Below, one piece after another: positions 11,512-22,313 of a stretch of DNA of 64,000 nucleotides. Both the position numbers and the translations under genes were made by a program. Source of the stretch: Cyanidioschyzon merolae (taxonomy: Eukaryota). The notes beneath the pieces are model-generated. The model saw only the letters and a list, made by a program, of their open reading frames with translations. It was not told where the DNA came from and made no database searches. Position 1 is the first letter of the stretch. The number at the start of each line of letters is the position of its first letter. The DNA is taken from NCBI GenBank assembly GCA_000091205.1, contig AP006492.2. One strand, 5' to 3'.

Positions 11512-12629
11512 TCGATTTCCGCGCTTTGACTGCACCTGTGCCGCGTCTGTCGAAGCAGTGTGGCGTTTGCGAGGCAAAAACACCGGTTGCATAGCTGTAG
11601 ATGGGGCAGGCTGGAATCGAGCGTACTTGCATGCATCGTGATGATGACGTCTTGGCGTGCGCTCTCTGCTGGCACCAGGACTTGCTCGGATGGATTACCG
11701 CTTCGTCTGCGATGTTGGAGAGCGTTGCGGCCGTCTGTAGGATACCGTTGTATGGGATGCAAACTGCTGCACTGCTCAGGTAGCGGTTTTGGCGAACGCG
11801 GTCTGGAAATTGTTCGCGCCAGGTCACCGCTGAACGCGAGATCGTGTGGCGAGCGCGCTTCTCAACGCATGCTGCTTTGTACCGCATCAAACGTTCCTGT
11901 ACACTTTTTAGCACAGAGATATTCTTTCTCTATTTCCGTCTCAGTCTGTGATGTGTTTTCGTGGATATCATGCGGGCGCCTCGTAACCGCAATGGAACGA
12001 TTCGCGACATCTTTTGGAAGCGAGCGCACCGTTGGACTGCAGTTCTGCAGTGGTGACACGTTTCCTAGCATTGGACAGAGCGCTCGGATACGGATAGCAG
12101 GCCACTGGGAATGGTGCTCGCGGACTGATTTTTTGTCTGGATCCAGAACGTGAACCCAAAGGCGTCACATCTGCGTCCGCGTACCTGTTCGTGCTGGCTT
12201 TGATAGTGACGGCATGCAGAACAGCACGAGCACCTCGGTGTCTTCGAATGGTACGAGGATGTATCGAACCGCGCCCAAGACGACGTGAGTGGTATGCGCC
12301 GACGAGAGCAGCATCGAGTGGACGCCGCTCGACATATCGCGTTCGTGTACTCCCCACGAAGGTGCGCGTGTGGTACGCGTTCATCATGGGAACCAGCACC
12401 TCATCGGGAAGGTCTACGAAGGAATCATTTGGAAAACGAGGGTGCTTTCTCATTTGTGTATTACCTGTAATGGCATTTTGCGATGACGCCCGCCCTGCGG
12501 CGACTCGAGATGCTCGTCTGTGCGCGTCTTCTATGAAAGCCCATTTCAGAATAGAATAGGACGGGTCCACTTATGCAACTGGGGTTTGCATACAAAAAAT
12601 CTGGATATCTTGCCAGTGTCATGAATTCC

Positions 12630-12800
12630 AGTAATTACGGGTTTCATTTGCGGCTGCTCCCTTTTCCTCCCTCTTGTATGAGGCTTTAAAAATGCCGGTC
12701 TGTCCTGTCAATCTAGTCTCGTTATTCGTAATTGAAAGATGTTGATGGCAGCGTGCGAAATCCGATTTGGCTGCTTCCGACGGTTGCCAACGCATATTAC
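12630..12800 (-). repeat. Short dispersed repeat family R3 (about 200 bp), copy 1 of 3
   Basis: The reverse complement aligns with 28905..29125 and 31570..31795. Shared blocks: gaagcagc(c)aaa(g)tcgga...cgctgccatcaa...gaggaaaagggagca. Pseudo-ORFs translate similarly (EAAKSDFARCHQ... vs EAAKSELERCHQ...). Confidence 0.6.
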
Positions 12801-13559
12801 GCACTGGCAAAAGTTTTGATAGACGTTTCGCCTCCCATTTCCATCCCGTTTGGACACAACCTCGGCGCTTTTTTCACAAATGTCGCTATGGACTTGGCTT
12901 AGACCTTTTCAAATGCCTATAATATCTTCTGGTTCGAGCACCGCGTTGCAGTGTTTGAATGCTTGCTGTACCGTTCGGTGCATGCCCTGAACCTGTGCGG
13001 AATGCTCCAGCCGATGATCTTGTACGTTTCCGTGCCCGGTGCCGTACGCAACGATCGCAACCTTCATCAGGGCGCTCCTACAAGCAAAGTAGTCTTTCAG
13101 ATGCACACAGAAGCACACGCCGCTCCATTCCGTACAGATTTCGGGGAACACGACCTTGTCCATGATGAAACTAGTCCCGGAAAGTTAATGCAGGTTAGAA
13201 ATCATGTCGACAAATTTCTACCCGTCTCGGCTCCGTTCGTACAAAGCGGGGTGTCTCTCTCTCCACGGGAAGCGATTGCTTCAATGACTAAAGACGGAGT
13301 TCAAGACCCTATTCCACGCGTACAGGTGAGACAAGAGCCTCTGAGAGCGCAAAACGTCTGAGATACCGTGCTGCTGTTGAATGCCTCGCCTCCAGTAGCC
13401 TCAAAGCTATTAGGATCTGTCTTTCGAACGAGACCCATTATTTGACCCAACAATAGCAGTTTACTTTAAAAAAAAGCTTGGGAAGAGGTCGTCAAAGGTC
13501 GATGACGTGCAACTTTCATCGTCCGTCGATTGGTGCGAATTGCCACGCCTACGACTCAC

Positions 13560-13680
13560 CGTGAAACAGAAATATTGAAAACCTGAAGATTTCGTTATCG
13601 AGTCGTGATATGCCTAGGGAAAGGAGAAAATTGATGGCCATACCTACGACTTGGATAATGATTTCGATTATTTTACGCAC
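13560..13680 (+). repeat. Short dispersed repeat family R4 (about 120 bp), copy 1 of 3
   Basis: gaaacagaaatattgaaaacctgaag...ggataatgatttcgattatt aligns with 18710..18830 (gaaacagaaagcttgaaaacctgaag...ggatagcgatatcggttatt) and with 52265..52375 (ggaaacttgaagcttgcgtga...gggtaatgatatcggttatg). Confidence 0.55.
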
Positions 13681-14191
13681 ACCCTTGCCCAAGATCGTAG
13701 ACGATCATCTTGATCCCGCTGACGTATCGAGTACCAGCGGAAAGCGTCAAAGGAGCTTCCCAGACCATGCTATCGAGGAACCTGAATCCAGGAATGTATC
13801 CGTAAGACCATCTTATCGCATTATTTCAAATTTCAAGGCAGTGCATATGAAAAAAAGCTGGGCAAAAATCGAAAGGCAGCAACAGACCGAGCAGTCCAAA
13901 AGATTCATCGGGATCTCGTAACGATGCGTCGTGATCCGACGAACGCTACCGCACACGTCGACTGCGGGATCGATGCCCCGCAGATCATCGAATGCCTGGA
14001 AAAGAACATGTCTGTACATTTCTGTACCTCAGGCGCTTTGATGAGGGCACGCATCGTACAGCGCACGGCGATGCGTGCTGCACTGGATCGCAGCGACGTC
14101 TGCGTGCCGAGCGGCGTCCATACATACCTGTCCAGCGCTGGGTACTCCACGCCCGTGCCTGTGCGGGACGTCGGCGAGTCGTGATCTGGCT

Positions 14192-15970
14192 ATGCCCATG
14201 AACGATGACTCGAGAGGCTTTTATGAAGACTATGGGTACAAAGAATACGCAGCAGAGACGGGCGCAAACTCAGAGCGGGGGAAACGTGCAAGCCGATTCA
14301 ACGTAACAGAGTCGTTGTTTCAATCAGAGTCAACGCTGGAACGCGTCGTCTTTGGAGGCAGACGCCAGCGCCGAGGCGCTCCTCTCAGCAACCATTTGAG
14401 TTCAAAGGACCAGTATGTGCAGGAATCGGAACTGGAGACCGCTCCGTCATCAGAAGGTAGCAACTCCCGCGAGCACGAGCTTGACCACTGGTCCGGGTCC
14501 GCCGCCACGCCTGCGCCGTCCTCTATCCGAGCGCGCCCGGAGTCAGCGACCGACTCCGAGTCCGAATACGTTTCACTTGAGGAAAGGGATCGTCGACGGA
14601 AACTGCGACATTTCGTGGACGAGAATGTCGTAAGTCGACGAACCTTTGAACAGCGGCTCCGAGAGCAGTTCGTCGCCTTGCATGGCATACCGCGCTGGGC
14701 GGCGCGACACGACAACACCGCGCGAGCTGACAACGGCACTGCCGCTGTGTCGCTGGTCTCGGATACCGGGAACGATGCCCTGGACCCGGAAGGCCCGGTT
14801 GCTGCGTCTGCAGCGTCGTCGCGAGGGGCGTCTGCAACCCGGCCACCGCTACACTGGAAAGCGTTGCCGATTCGACGGCTTACCGATGCGAACGCAGCTG
14901 CACCGGCGGCCAGCGTCCTAACAAGCGTCAGGTTTCACCCGGCGTCCGCACATCTATGCTTCACTGCGGGTTTTGATAAGCGGCTCCGTCTATTCCACTT
15001 GACAGAGGAGCCTGCTGATAACCTGCGATGGAAATGCGTTCGTGAAAACGAGTGTTTGCATACAGTCTGCTTCGCAGACATGCCCATTTATACCGCGGAA
15101 TTCGTCCGAGGTTCGCACGGAGCAATTACAAATTCCGTATTGCTTACGGGCCGACGTCGCTTCTTCTACGAATACGACCTAGCAGCTCAGAAAGGAATCA
15201 AAATCCGAACGCTCGAGAGCTTGCGGAAGGAGCGCAGCTTTGAGCGATTCACAGTCTCGCCTGATGGGAAACTGCTCGCCTTCACTGGGGACGATAGTCA
15301 AGTTATTCTGGTCGATGCCGTCACCAAGCAATATCTCGGATGCGTGCGAATCGCTTGTGGACCCCAGAGCGGCGCAGCGTTGCCACGAGTCGTCACGTTT
15401 GCACCAGACGGCCTGATGATCGCAGTCGCTGGTGAGACAAGCGGATACGTTTCGCTCTATGACCTGCGAATGTGTTTCACCGATTCTGGTATGAATGCAT
15501 CGCAGCCGTTGGCGCGCTTTCTTGATGAAGGCACCGTTCGCTGTACAGCTCTGAAATGGTCACCGACCGGACAGTACCTTGCGACTGGCTCAGACGCCGG
15601 CATCGTGAATATCTACGACGGGCGTGCGATCCGCGGGCAGGCGTCTACGAAAGCGAGCGGCGAAAGCGTGACGCCCCGGGAACGCAACATGCATCCGTTG
15701 GCTTCCGTGTCGAATCTGGTAACACAGATCGATACGTTCGCCTTTCTCCCGGACGATCAAGCGCTCTTTTACGCTTCTCAAGCGAAACGAAACGCCGCCC
15801 GCGTCTACCATCTCGCGTCACGCAAAACGTTTCCGAACTGGCCAACCAGTCAGACGCCGTTACATCGGGTGTGGAGCGCTTCCTTCTCTCCGGGCGGCGG
15901 TTTTCTCGCGCTTGGTAACGACCGAGGTCGAGCGCTTCTCTATCGACTGCGATGTTATGCGCCGACGTGA
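14192..15970 (+). CDS. UTP18: U3 snoRNP / SSU processome WD40 protein UTP18 homologue
   Basis: Acidic and Ser-rich N-terminus followed by WD40 repeats. Motifs match the yeast Utp18 C-terminal half: LTGRRRFFYEYDL (FTAGRRRYMHSWDL), LATGSDAGIVNIYDGRA (LAVGSESGFVNLYD), and FPNWPTSQTPLHRVWSASFSPGGGFLALGNDRGRALLYRL (FSNWPTSGTPLGKVTSVAFSPSGGLLAVGNEQGKVRLWKL). The track start at 14075 is GTG; the first ATG is at 14192 (MPMNDDSRGFYEDYG...). Confidence 0.8.
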   Translation: MPMNDDSRGFYEDYGYKEYAAETGANSERGKRASRFNVTESLFQSESTLERVVFGGRRQRRGAPLSNHLSSKDQYVQESELETAPSSEGSNSREHELDHWSGSAATPAPSSIRARPESATDSESEYVSLEERDRRRKLRHFVDENVVSRRTFEQRLREQFVALHGIPRWAARHDNTARADNGTAAVSLVSDTGNDALDPEGPVAASAASSRGASATRPPLHWKALPIRRLTDANAAAPAASVLTSVRFHPASAHLCFTAGFDKRLRLFHLTEEPADNLRWKCVRENECLHTVCFADMPIYTAEFVRGSHGAITNSVLLTGRRRFFYEYDLAAQKGIKIRTLESLRKERSFERFTVSPDGKLLAFTGDDSQVILVDAVTKQYLGCVRIACGPQSGAALPRVVTFAPDGLMIAVAGETSGYVSLYDLRMCFTDSGMNASQPLARFLDEGTVRCTALKWSPTGQYLATGSDAGIVNIYDGRAIRGQASTKASGESVTPRERNMHPLASVSNLVTQIDTFAFLPDDQALFYASQAKRNAARVYHLASRKTFPNWPTSQTPLHRVWSASFSPGGGFLALGNDRGRALLYRLRCYAPT

Positions 15971-16159
15971 GCGACCCGTGGGCATGGCGATGCGTAGTAG
16001 GTCGGGATTTCCAGGCGGTCACAGACCAGCCCGCGTCGGCTATTCGTAAACATCGATATGGTGGCTTTCGTTCGCACGTTGTGACTGGAGAGCGCGCTTC
16101 TGCGCGGTGCGCCAATGCTCGCCCTGGACCACGGGTCGGTCAAGATTCCGGGAACCCGT

Positions 16160-17473
16160 TTACGGCGACTTGGTTTCAGGCTGGAGTTTCTGGATCTCGC
16201 TGATCACGAGCTGCAAATCCTCGCGGAAGGCCTCGCTCGCGAATGCCGGATTACCAGTTGGAGCCTCGCTTCCGAGCGCGTTCAAGTAACGAATAAGCTT
16301 GTCGCGATTCCGAAAAAGAATTCGCTTCACATCGACGGGTTTGCTCGGGTTCGCTACAATCAGCTTGAAGACATGGAAGGCCTCCAGCTGAATCGACTTT
16401 CCAGGATCCAGCATCAGCGTCATGACCAGCTTCAGGTTTTCGACCATGCCAACGTACCGGATCATGATGTAGAAGTTGGAACGATCGAGAAGCAATTCGC
16501 TCAAGAGCTTGAGACCCTGTCGCTTGCTGACGTAATTGTCACATCGGAGAAGGTTGTTGTATTCGGTGAGGAAGAAACGATCGAAATGTTGCAGCATGAA
16601 TTCTGCGGCAAGCTTCTTATGGCGAGTGAGCGCTACTCGCAGTGTCGTGAAAGCATCGCTAGCGACGTCGAAGTTGCTCATCTGCAACAGGCTGAAGAAG
16701 ATCCAAAAAGTATCTAAGGAGAAAAGCATGCGAACGCAGTCCTCGTGCCGCAACGCTTCACGAAGCATCATACCGCACGACAATGCGACCTCGGGTCGAC
16801 CGTAGTCGACCAGAAGGCTTTCCAGGACACTAGTGGGCACCTGCATTCGTTGGTTCTCCGCTTGTCGTCGTAAAATATTGTGGAACACAGCCACAGCGTC
16901 TTTGCGTGACTCGAACTCCATCAGCGGTAGCGAGGAAGCGAGCAGCTCCAAAAGCTCTGTATCGTACACCACTGACTGCAGCGCCTCCGTCGACAGCCGT
17001 TCGCTCGCATCTTGCCCTCCTTTCGCTTGGTTTGCAGGCGTTGTCGTTGTAGCTGCCAGATCGTTGCGTTTCTCTCGGTTGCACGTATCCGCTATAACTG
17101 CCGACCGGGTCGCGGAGCGATCGAGCCAGTCTTCGCCATAGAGAAGCGAGCGCAAGGCAGCTAACGTGAACGCTACCCGTTCTTGGGCTTCGACGACACG
17201 CGAAAGACTAGAACCCGGTTGTGTTGAATCCACTGGTTGTTCGGTGCGGTCGTCGGGAGCACCAGCAGCCCCAGGCACATACTGGTCGCTGCCCGCCGCA
17301 GGTACCGGCAGTTTCGTCGCTGAGCCTGAACCTGTGGTTGTAGCTGTTGTTGTTGGTGGTGTTGTCGTCGTCGCCACCGCTTCGGAAATCCGCCGCAACG
17401 CTAACAGAGCATCGACGACCGCTCTCGATAACTCTGCGGGCCCTTCAGGAAGCGAAAACGTTTCCGTACCCAT
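16160..17473 (-). CDS. CAB39: Mo25 / calcium-binding protein 39 (CAB39) family scaffold protein
   Basis: Collinear match to Mo25: FESRKDAVAVFHNILRRQ, EVALSCGMMLREALRHE, FDVASDAFTTLRVALTRHKKLAAEFMLQHFDRFF, NYVSKRQGLKLLSELLLDRSNF, VENLKLVMTLMLDPGKSIQLEAFHVFKLIVANP and RNRDKLIRYL. A Thr/Pro-rich low-complexity insert lies near the N-terminus. The track start at 17476 is TTG; the ATG is at 17473. Confidence 0.85.
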   Translation of the reverse strand: MGTETFSLPEGPAELSRAVVDALLALRRISEAVATTTTPPTTTATTTGSGSATKLPVPAAGSDQYVPGAAGAPDDRTEQPVDSTQPGSSLSRVVEAQERVAFTLAALRSLLYGEDWLDRSATRSAVIADTCNREKRNDLAATTTTPANQAKGGQDASERLSTEALQSVVYDTELLELLASSLPLMEFESRKDAVAVFHNILRRQAENQRMQVPTSVLESLLVDYGRPEVALSCGMMLREALRHEDCVRMLFSLDTFWIFFSLLQMSNFDVASDAFTTLRVALTRHKKLAAEFMLQHFDRFFLTEYNNLLRCDNYVSKRQGLKLLSELLLDRSNFYIMIRYVGMVENLKLVMTLMLDPGKSIQLEAFHVFKLIVANPSKPVDVKRILFRNRDKLIRYLNALGSEAPTGNPAFASEAFREDLQLVISEIQKLQPETKSP

Positions 17474-18709
17474 CAACGAGTTTGTGTGTCAGCAAGTGTG
17501 GCCTTCGCATGCGCAGAATGCCAGCACTGCGAAACGCGTAGACGGTTGGCGGTAGCGCGGCCCTGTCGACGCGTCCATATTGAGCGGCACGGATGGCAAA
17601 CGCGTCTCTGGCGCCCGATACGTTCCTAGGAGGGCGGAAAACCCCCGATCATGCACGACGACTAGGTTACGCAAGAGCTCGAGTTACCTGCTCCATCAGT
17701 ATCAGCATAAAAGGAAATAGTTGCTCTAAATCGGGTGCGGGATCTAAAGTTATGGTTTCGTTTCAAGATCATCAACAATTGCGTTGCGGGCTTGCTCTGC
17801 AACTGCTTCCTTTGCTTCGCGCTCGTATTTGCGGCCTTACGGGTAGCGATCGATCGTTTCGCTCGAGCTTGGTAGTCAGCAGCGCAAGGGATTCGATGAC
17901 AGGGTTAAAGTCCCGATTGCTGTGCATCCAGCTGTTGTCGAAGCGTTTCAAGCACAGGCGGTAGTTACAATCGATGCATCGTCTCCTTTTTACATGGTGT
18001 TTGCATAGAGCCTTGATGTGCGCTTCGCAGCGATGACATTAGGCCATAGTCGGACGTTCCATTATGTTCATGAAAGGCATGCCTCCGAGTGAGGCCTTGT
18101 CGCACTCGAGGACTCGCTTCAGTGCCTGGTGCATGCCGTTGCCAGTTATGGAACGCTGCTCTTGATGCCCTCCACCGTTTCCGCGCGTGCTCGCTGCGGT
18201 ACCCTGCGAACACGGGCCTCTTCTGGGTGATTGTCTCCGCATGAGCACTTTGATCGCTGCAAGTACGGGTGCTTGCTGTTTCACTCGATAGCGGATTTAT
18301 GGAACGGAATGTTGTCCATAATGAGACACGTTCTGGAAGTATAATCCAGACTGCGGAACAAGTGCAGAGATTTCGAAGCGTCGACGTCCGCATCATGCAG
18401 AGCTTTGACGCACTCGCCACTAGAAGCGATCGCTGGGAGGACTGGAGCTCGAGCCCAAGACCCTTTTCCGTGCACACAGAGGATACGGAGGCCTCTGAGA
18501 GCGAATCCCGCAAGAGGTATCATGCTGGTATCGAAGTCCCTTAGGTCGATCGCCATTGAAGCGGATTTGCTTCACGGATGGAACAGATTATTTGATGTGA
18601 CAAGGTCAGTGAAGTTTCAGCATGAACGTGTGTGAAGCATTCATCGGTGGATGGCGCCTTGTATTGCGTGATAAAGCCAGCGGGGCGTATTCCTGCACCC
18701 ACGAGTTGC

Positions 18710-18830
18710 CTCGAAACAGAAAGCTTGAAAACCTGAAGTATGCGTGACTTGAGCATGGTGCGTGCAGAACGAAAAGGAAGCGCCAAGGCTAGTACTTGGG
18801 CATTGGATAGCGATATCGGTTATTTCAGCA
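18710..18830 (+). repeat. Short dispersed repeat family R4, copy 2 of 3
   Basis: See the 13560..13680 entry. The 5' block gaaacagaaagcttgaaaacctgaagtatgcgtgacttgagc and the 3' block ggatagcgatatcggttatttcagc are conserved. Confidence 0.55.
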
Positions 18831-21195
18831 AACTTTGTTTCAAGGCGAAGAGTATCATCAACATGAGGGTTACGTTCCGAATGCGAGCGGCAAGCGTCGA
18901 CGGAGCCATTCGCAAATGAAGATCGAGAATCCTCAACTGGCGTACGAATCCGTAAGCCTATATTGCAGCGCTTCGAAAGCCGAGGGCGTCCATCGAAAAA
19001 CTTTGGTAAACAATCGCAAGGCAGGAACGGAGCGAGCAGCTCACGAATCCATTTGAATTGGACACGGGCGTGGGGAGCTGCCTTGCAGTGTGCCGCCTTT
19101 GCCTCTTCACGTGTGCCGTCGATGTACCTCAAGATAAATGTCCGCGTCCGGAGGCATCCATCAACATCGAGAACAAACGTTTCTCCGCAGCAAACGACAC
19201 GAAAACGAGGCAATAGGTGGATCTTCTCGTACGCTTTTGTACGACGACGCTGGCGACGCCACATACATATCACCTCGTCCGCGCACATGTCCACGATACA
19301 CCAGGAGGGAAGCGTCAATCGTTTTCTTCTGTGTAGTGGCATCCGGACATGGGACCTTGGCAACAGGCATGCAAAGCTTGGGTAGTGTCAGCATCCAGGC
19401 AGGCGCACCTCGTGTTTGTTCGCTGCTATTCGGGAAGCGACAGGGACGCTTGGGATATGTGCGGCTGTAGAGACGCCGAGACCACAGCTCCTGCGCAGTT
19501 GGCGGATAAGCGACAAGGCGATGCATACGCGCTTACGGAAAGCTGATTTTTTCATGGTACACGATCCAAGAATTACTTTGAATATTCCTGGATGTACGGT
19601 TGATTTAGGCAACTCGAGGAGAGACCCATGATTGCATGCTTGGAGTGAACGATGTATGATCCAAGCATCGAATTGGAATATCCCTGGATGTGTGATTGCG
19701 ATACGCTATGTAGGATGCGGAAAACGTTCCTCTCCTGACGACGCTGCGATCAAGTGCCGAAAGAATAGACTTCCCATCGAAGGGTGTCGGATCGAAGATC
19801 CCCTGCTCATGTGTATGGGTGTCAAGCGTCTGGACGCCGCACACACTCGAAGATTCCATAGACGGGCTTCGAGCTAGCGCTTGCCGGAACGGCGATGTAG
19901 TGCCCATGACTTGGTGAAGTAGTTCCAACCTGGAAGCAGTTGCAATTTCTGTTTGCATAGTTGACGGCATAGAGCCGAAATCACACGAAAATGCTGGGTC
20001 CGCTTTCCGGCCGTCTTGCACAATGCCTAGCTTGGAGACTTTGCCCTGCCATGGATTCCCCTGAGTGCACCAATGTCGTCGTAGTCGTCGTCAGGAAGCG
20101 GCGCCCTTTGATACCCAGAATCGTCCCGCAAGCAGCACGAAGAACTGGGCACCGCGCTCTATATTCGGCAGACGCTGACGTTCGGTATACATTGTTTGAG
20201 GCGGCTTGTCCAGGTGTCGCATCCCGTTTCATGTCGTAGACAATTAGAATGGAGGCTGCGTTGCATGTCATGGACGAATACGCATCAACAGTTTCTTGCA
20301 TACCACCTTGGTTGACGTTCTCGGCACGACATGATACTGGACGTCATCTGGGCCGCTCGATGTTGGTTTAGGGCGCCGGCCAGGGAACCGGTAGCGTCTG
20401 CGAAGGGCCGAACGATGATGGAGGCATGTTGCTGGTCTCCATGCCTGCCTGTATAGCCTTCCGCGTCTGATGACCAACAAGGCTCTTGCAGTCGGACTGT
20501 ATCGCACGCAAGTCGTCCGAGTCGTAAGCGGACAGTGCGGAACACGCCCGAAAAATCTCTGTTGCGACATCTTTTCTCGGAATGCTCCGGGGCTTCAGCA
20601 GAGAGCTGGTACGCATCTTACTGGGTCGCTTTGCAGCAGCCGGTCGCAAGGAACCATATAGGCAGAATAGAGTCACAACTGGTGGCCCTAGTCGATTCGT
20701 CGTCGCTAAATCGTCAAACGAGATTCCCGAAGCATTTACGAATCCTACATCATTTGGAGTCTATAGCGAGGAGCCGCTGTACCACAGCCAAGAGCCAATT
20801 CTCGATAACGATAACGACTGATGCGCGTGATTGCCCTGAAGTAAACGCTGGTCTGTGCAGGGTCGCTATCGCCCGGTGAAGCAACGGAAAACGACACGCT
20901 TTTGCTTGCCCCACGAACTCGGATATCATTCTTTGGTCGGTATGATGCACCCGTCGCAGCTGCATATACCGCGTCCCGTTTTTCGTCGCCAGTTTGAACT
21001 GCACCTGCGCTGCGCACTTTGACTGCTGCGGGTCATGGGTAAGCGTTCGGCTTCGCAACCGCTACGACGCTACGGGGCATCCAGGTACATCCGTTCAGGT
21101 CATCGACGGACGACCGACTGTGCCAGAAAACAATGGCACTCTTGGAATGAACGGAAAATCTGCTGGTGCCGCAGCTCGTACTGCCGGACACGGAC

Positions 21196-21978
21196 CTAGT
21201 CCTTGGTATCGACCTCCCGAGCCTCGACGTTGATCACTGCACTCCGTGCGTCCTCACTCAAAACAAAATTGCCGTTTTTCTCCACAAGAATACGTTGCGT
21301 ACAGGACGGACAACGGAACTCCTTACCCACAAGGCCAGTCACAGGGAAACGGCAGTTCGGACAAGTCCCTTCACGCACGTTCGCCGCTATCCACCAGCGC
21401 AGTACGAGCGCCCCGACAACAGGAGCGATGCTCAGCAGCGCAAATAGAATGAGAAACGAATCGAAGATTACCCCGATGCGACCGCTGAACACCAGCCACA
21501 CAAGGATCGCCCAGACAACAAGCTGTCCCTGTGCAGAGGAAAGCCAACGTGAAGCGCGAATCAGTGCACTATCCCAATCGAACAGCGGACCACGGCGCTT
21601 CTGCTGGCCCACCAGACTACGTACTCCAGCGTTGCCGCTTTTGCGGAGGTGTGCCCGGCCAGAGCCGGCGGCAAGCGCTGCTTCCCGCTGTTGCCTCCAG
21701 GTGCACGGGTTGATGCGAACCGCACGGCACCAAGCACCTACGCGACGATCTGCTAGTCGATGCCGGTCCTCGGTTCTCGAGTAGCTCCCTCTCGCCTCAA
21801 AACTTGTGGAGTGAAGCGAGCACTCTACCGGAACCAACCAACAAGAAGAAGGTTTGCGACGCATATCCGAGCCTCGTGCAACTGGTACACGTTTCCACCG
21901 AGCGTCGTGCGGCGAGCAACGGGATCGACCCTGAGCGCGCCTCGCCGCCTCCACGATGCTGCTGGATACTTGTTGCAT
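21196..21978 (-). CDS. Hypothetical membrane protein with two predicted TM helices and a C-terminal CxxC-x13-CxxC zinc-ribbon
   Basis: The C-terminal 130 aa read LVVWAILVWLVFSGRIGVIFDSFLILFALLSIAPVVGALVLRWWIAANVREGTCPNCRFPVTGLVGKEFRCPSCTQRILVEKNGNF. That is two hydrophobic helices followed by a zinc-ribbon-like Cys4 motif. The N-terminal 130 aa is R/S-rich low complexity and may not be coding. There is no firm family assignment; the topology loosely recalls PGRL1-like proteins. Confidence 0.3.
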   Translation of the reverse strand: MQQVSSSIVEAARRAQGRSRCSPHDARWKRVPVARGSDMRRKPSSCWLVPVECSLHSTSFEARGSYSRTEDRHRLADRRVGAWCRAVRINPCTWRQQREAALAAGSGRAHLRKSGNAGVRSLVGQQKRRGPLFDWDSALIRASRWLSSAQGQLVVWAILVWLVFSGRIGVIFDSFLILFALLSIAPVVGALVLRWWIAANVREGTCPNCRFPVTGLVGKEFRCPSCTQRILVEKNGNFVLSEDARSAVINVEAREVDTKD

Positions 21979-22313
21979 GTTGTGACTCGCAGTAGGATGC
22001 TTATTCGTTTAAATGTTTGCATCCCGGGAGCTAGATGCCTGTTGCATGTTGTGACTCGCAGTAGGATGCTTATTCGTTTAAATGTTTGCATCCCGGGAGC
22101 TAGATGCCTGTTGCATGTTGTGACTCGCAGTAGGATGCTTATTCGTTTAACGGTTTGCATCCCGGGAGCTAGATGCCTGTTGCATGTTGTGACTCGCAGT
22201 AGGATGCTTATTCGTTTAACGGTTTGCATCCCGGGAGCTAGATGCCTGTTGCATGTTGTGACTCGCAGTAGGATGCTTATTCGTTTAACGGTTTGCATCC
22301 CGGGAGACAAATG
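21960..22313. repeat. Tandem minisatellite, 69-bp unit x about 5
   Basis: The unit ttgcatgttgtgactcgcagtaggatgcttattcgtttaa(a/c)(t/g)gtttgcatcccgggagctagatgcctg begins at 21973, 22042, 22111, 22180 and 22249, an exact 69-bp period. Copies 1-2 carry aaatg and copies 3-5 carry aacgg. Because 69 is a multiple of 3, long ORFs stay open on both strands across the array. Confidence 0.9.

Noticed and set aside
11204-11914. 236-aa minus-strand ORF overlapping the NFU1 gene
   Set aside because: It is antisense to a strongly supported conserved gene in a GC-rich region where random ORFs are long. It has no recognisable domain. Similar antisense ORFs overlap Mo25 (16115..16717 plus), the MBD gene (39463..40002 plus, 38197..38595 plus), AspRS (49489..50046 minus), the zinc-ribbon ORF (21203..21784 plus) and COG4 (52908..53180 minus).
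18710-18830. R4 copy 2 contains TAGTACTTGG, a block shared with 5S rRNA
   Set aside because: The resemblance is limited to about 10 nt and is absent from the other two R4 copies. The overall length and sequence do not match 5S rRNA.
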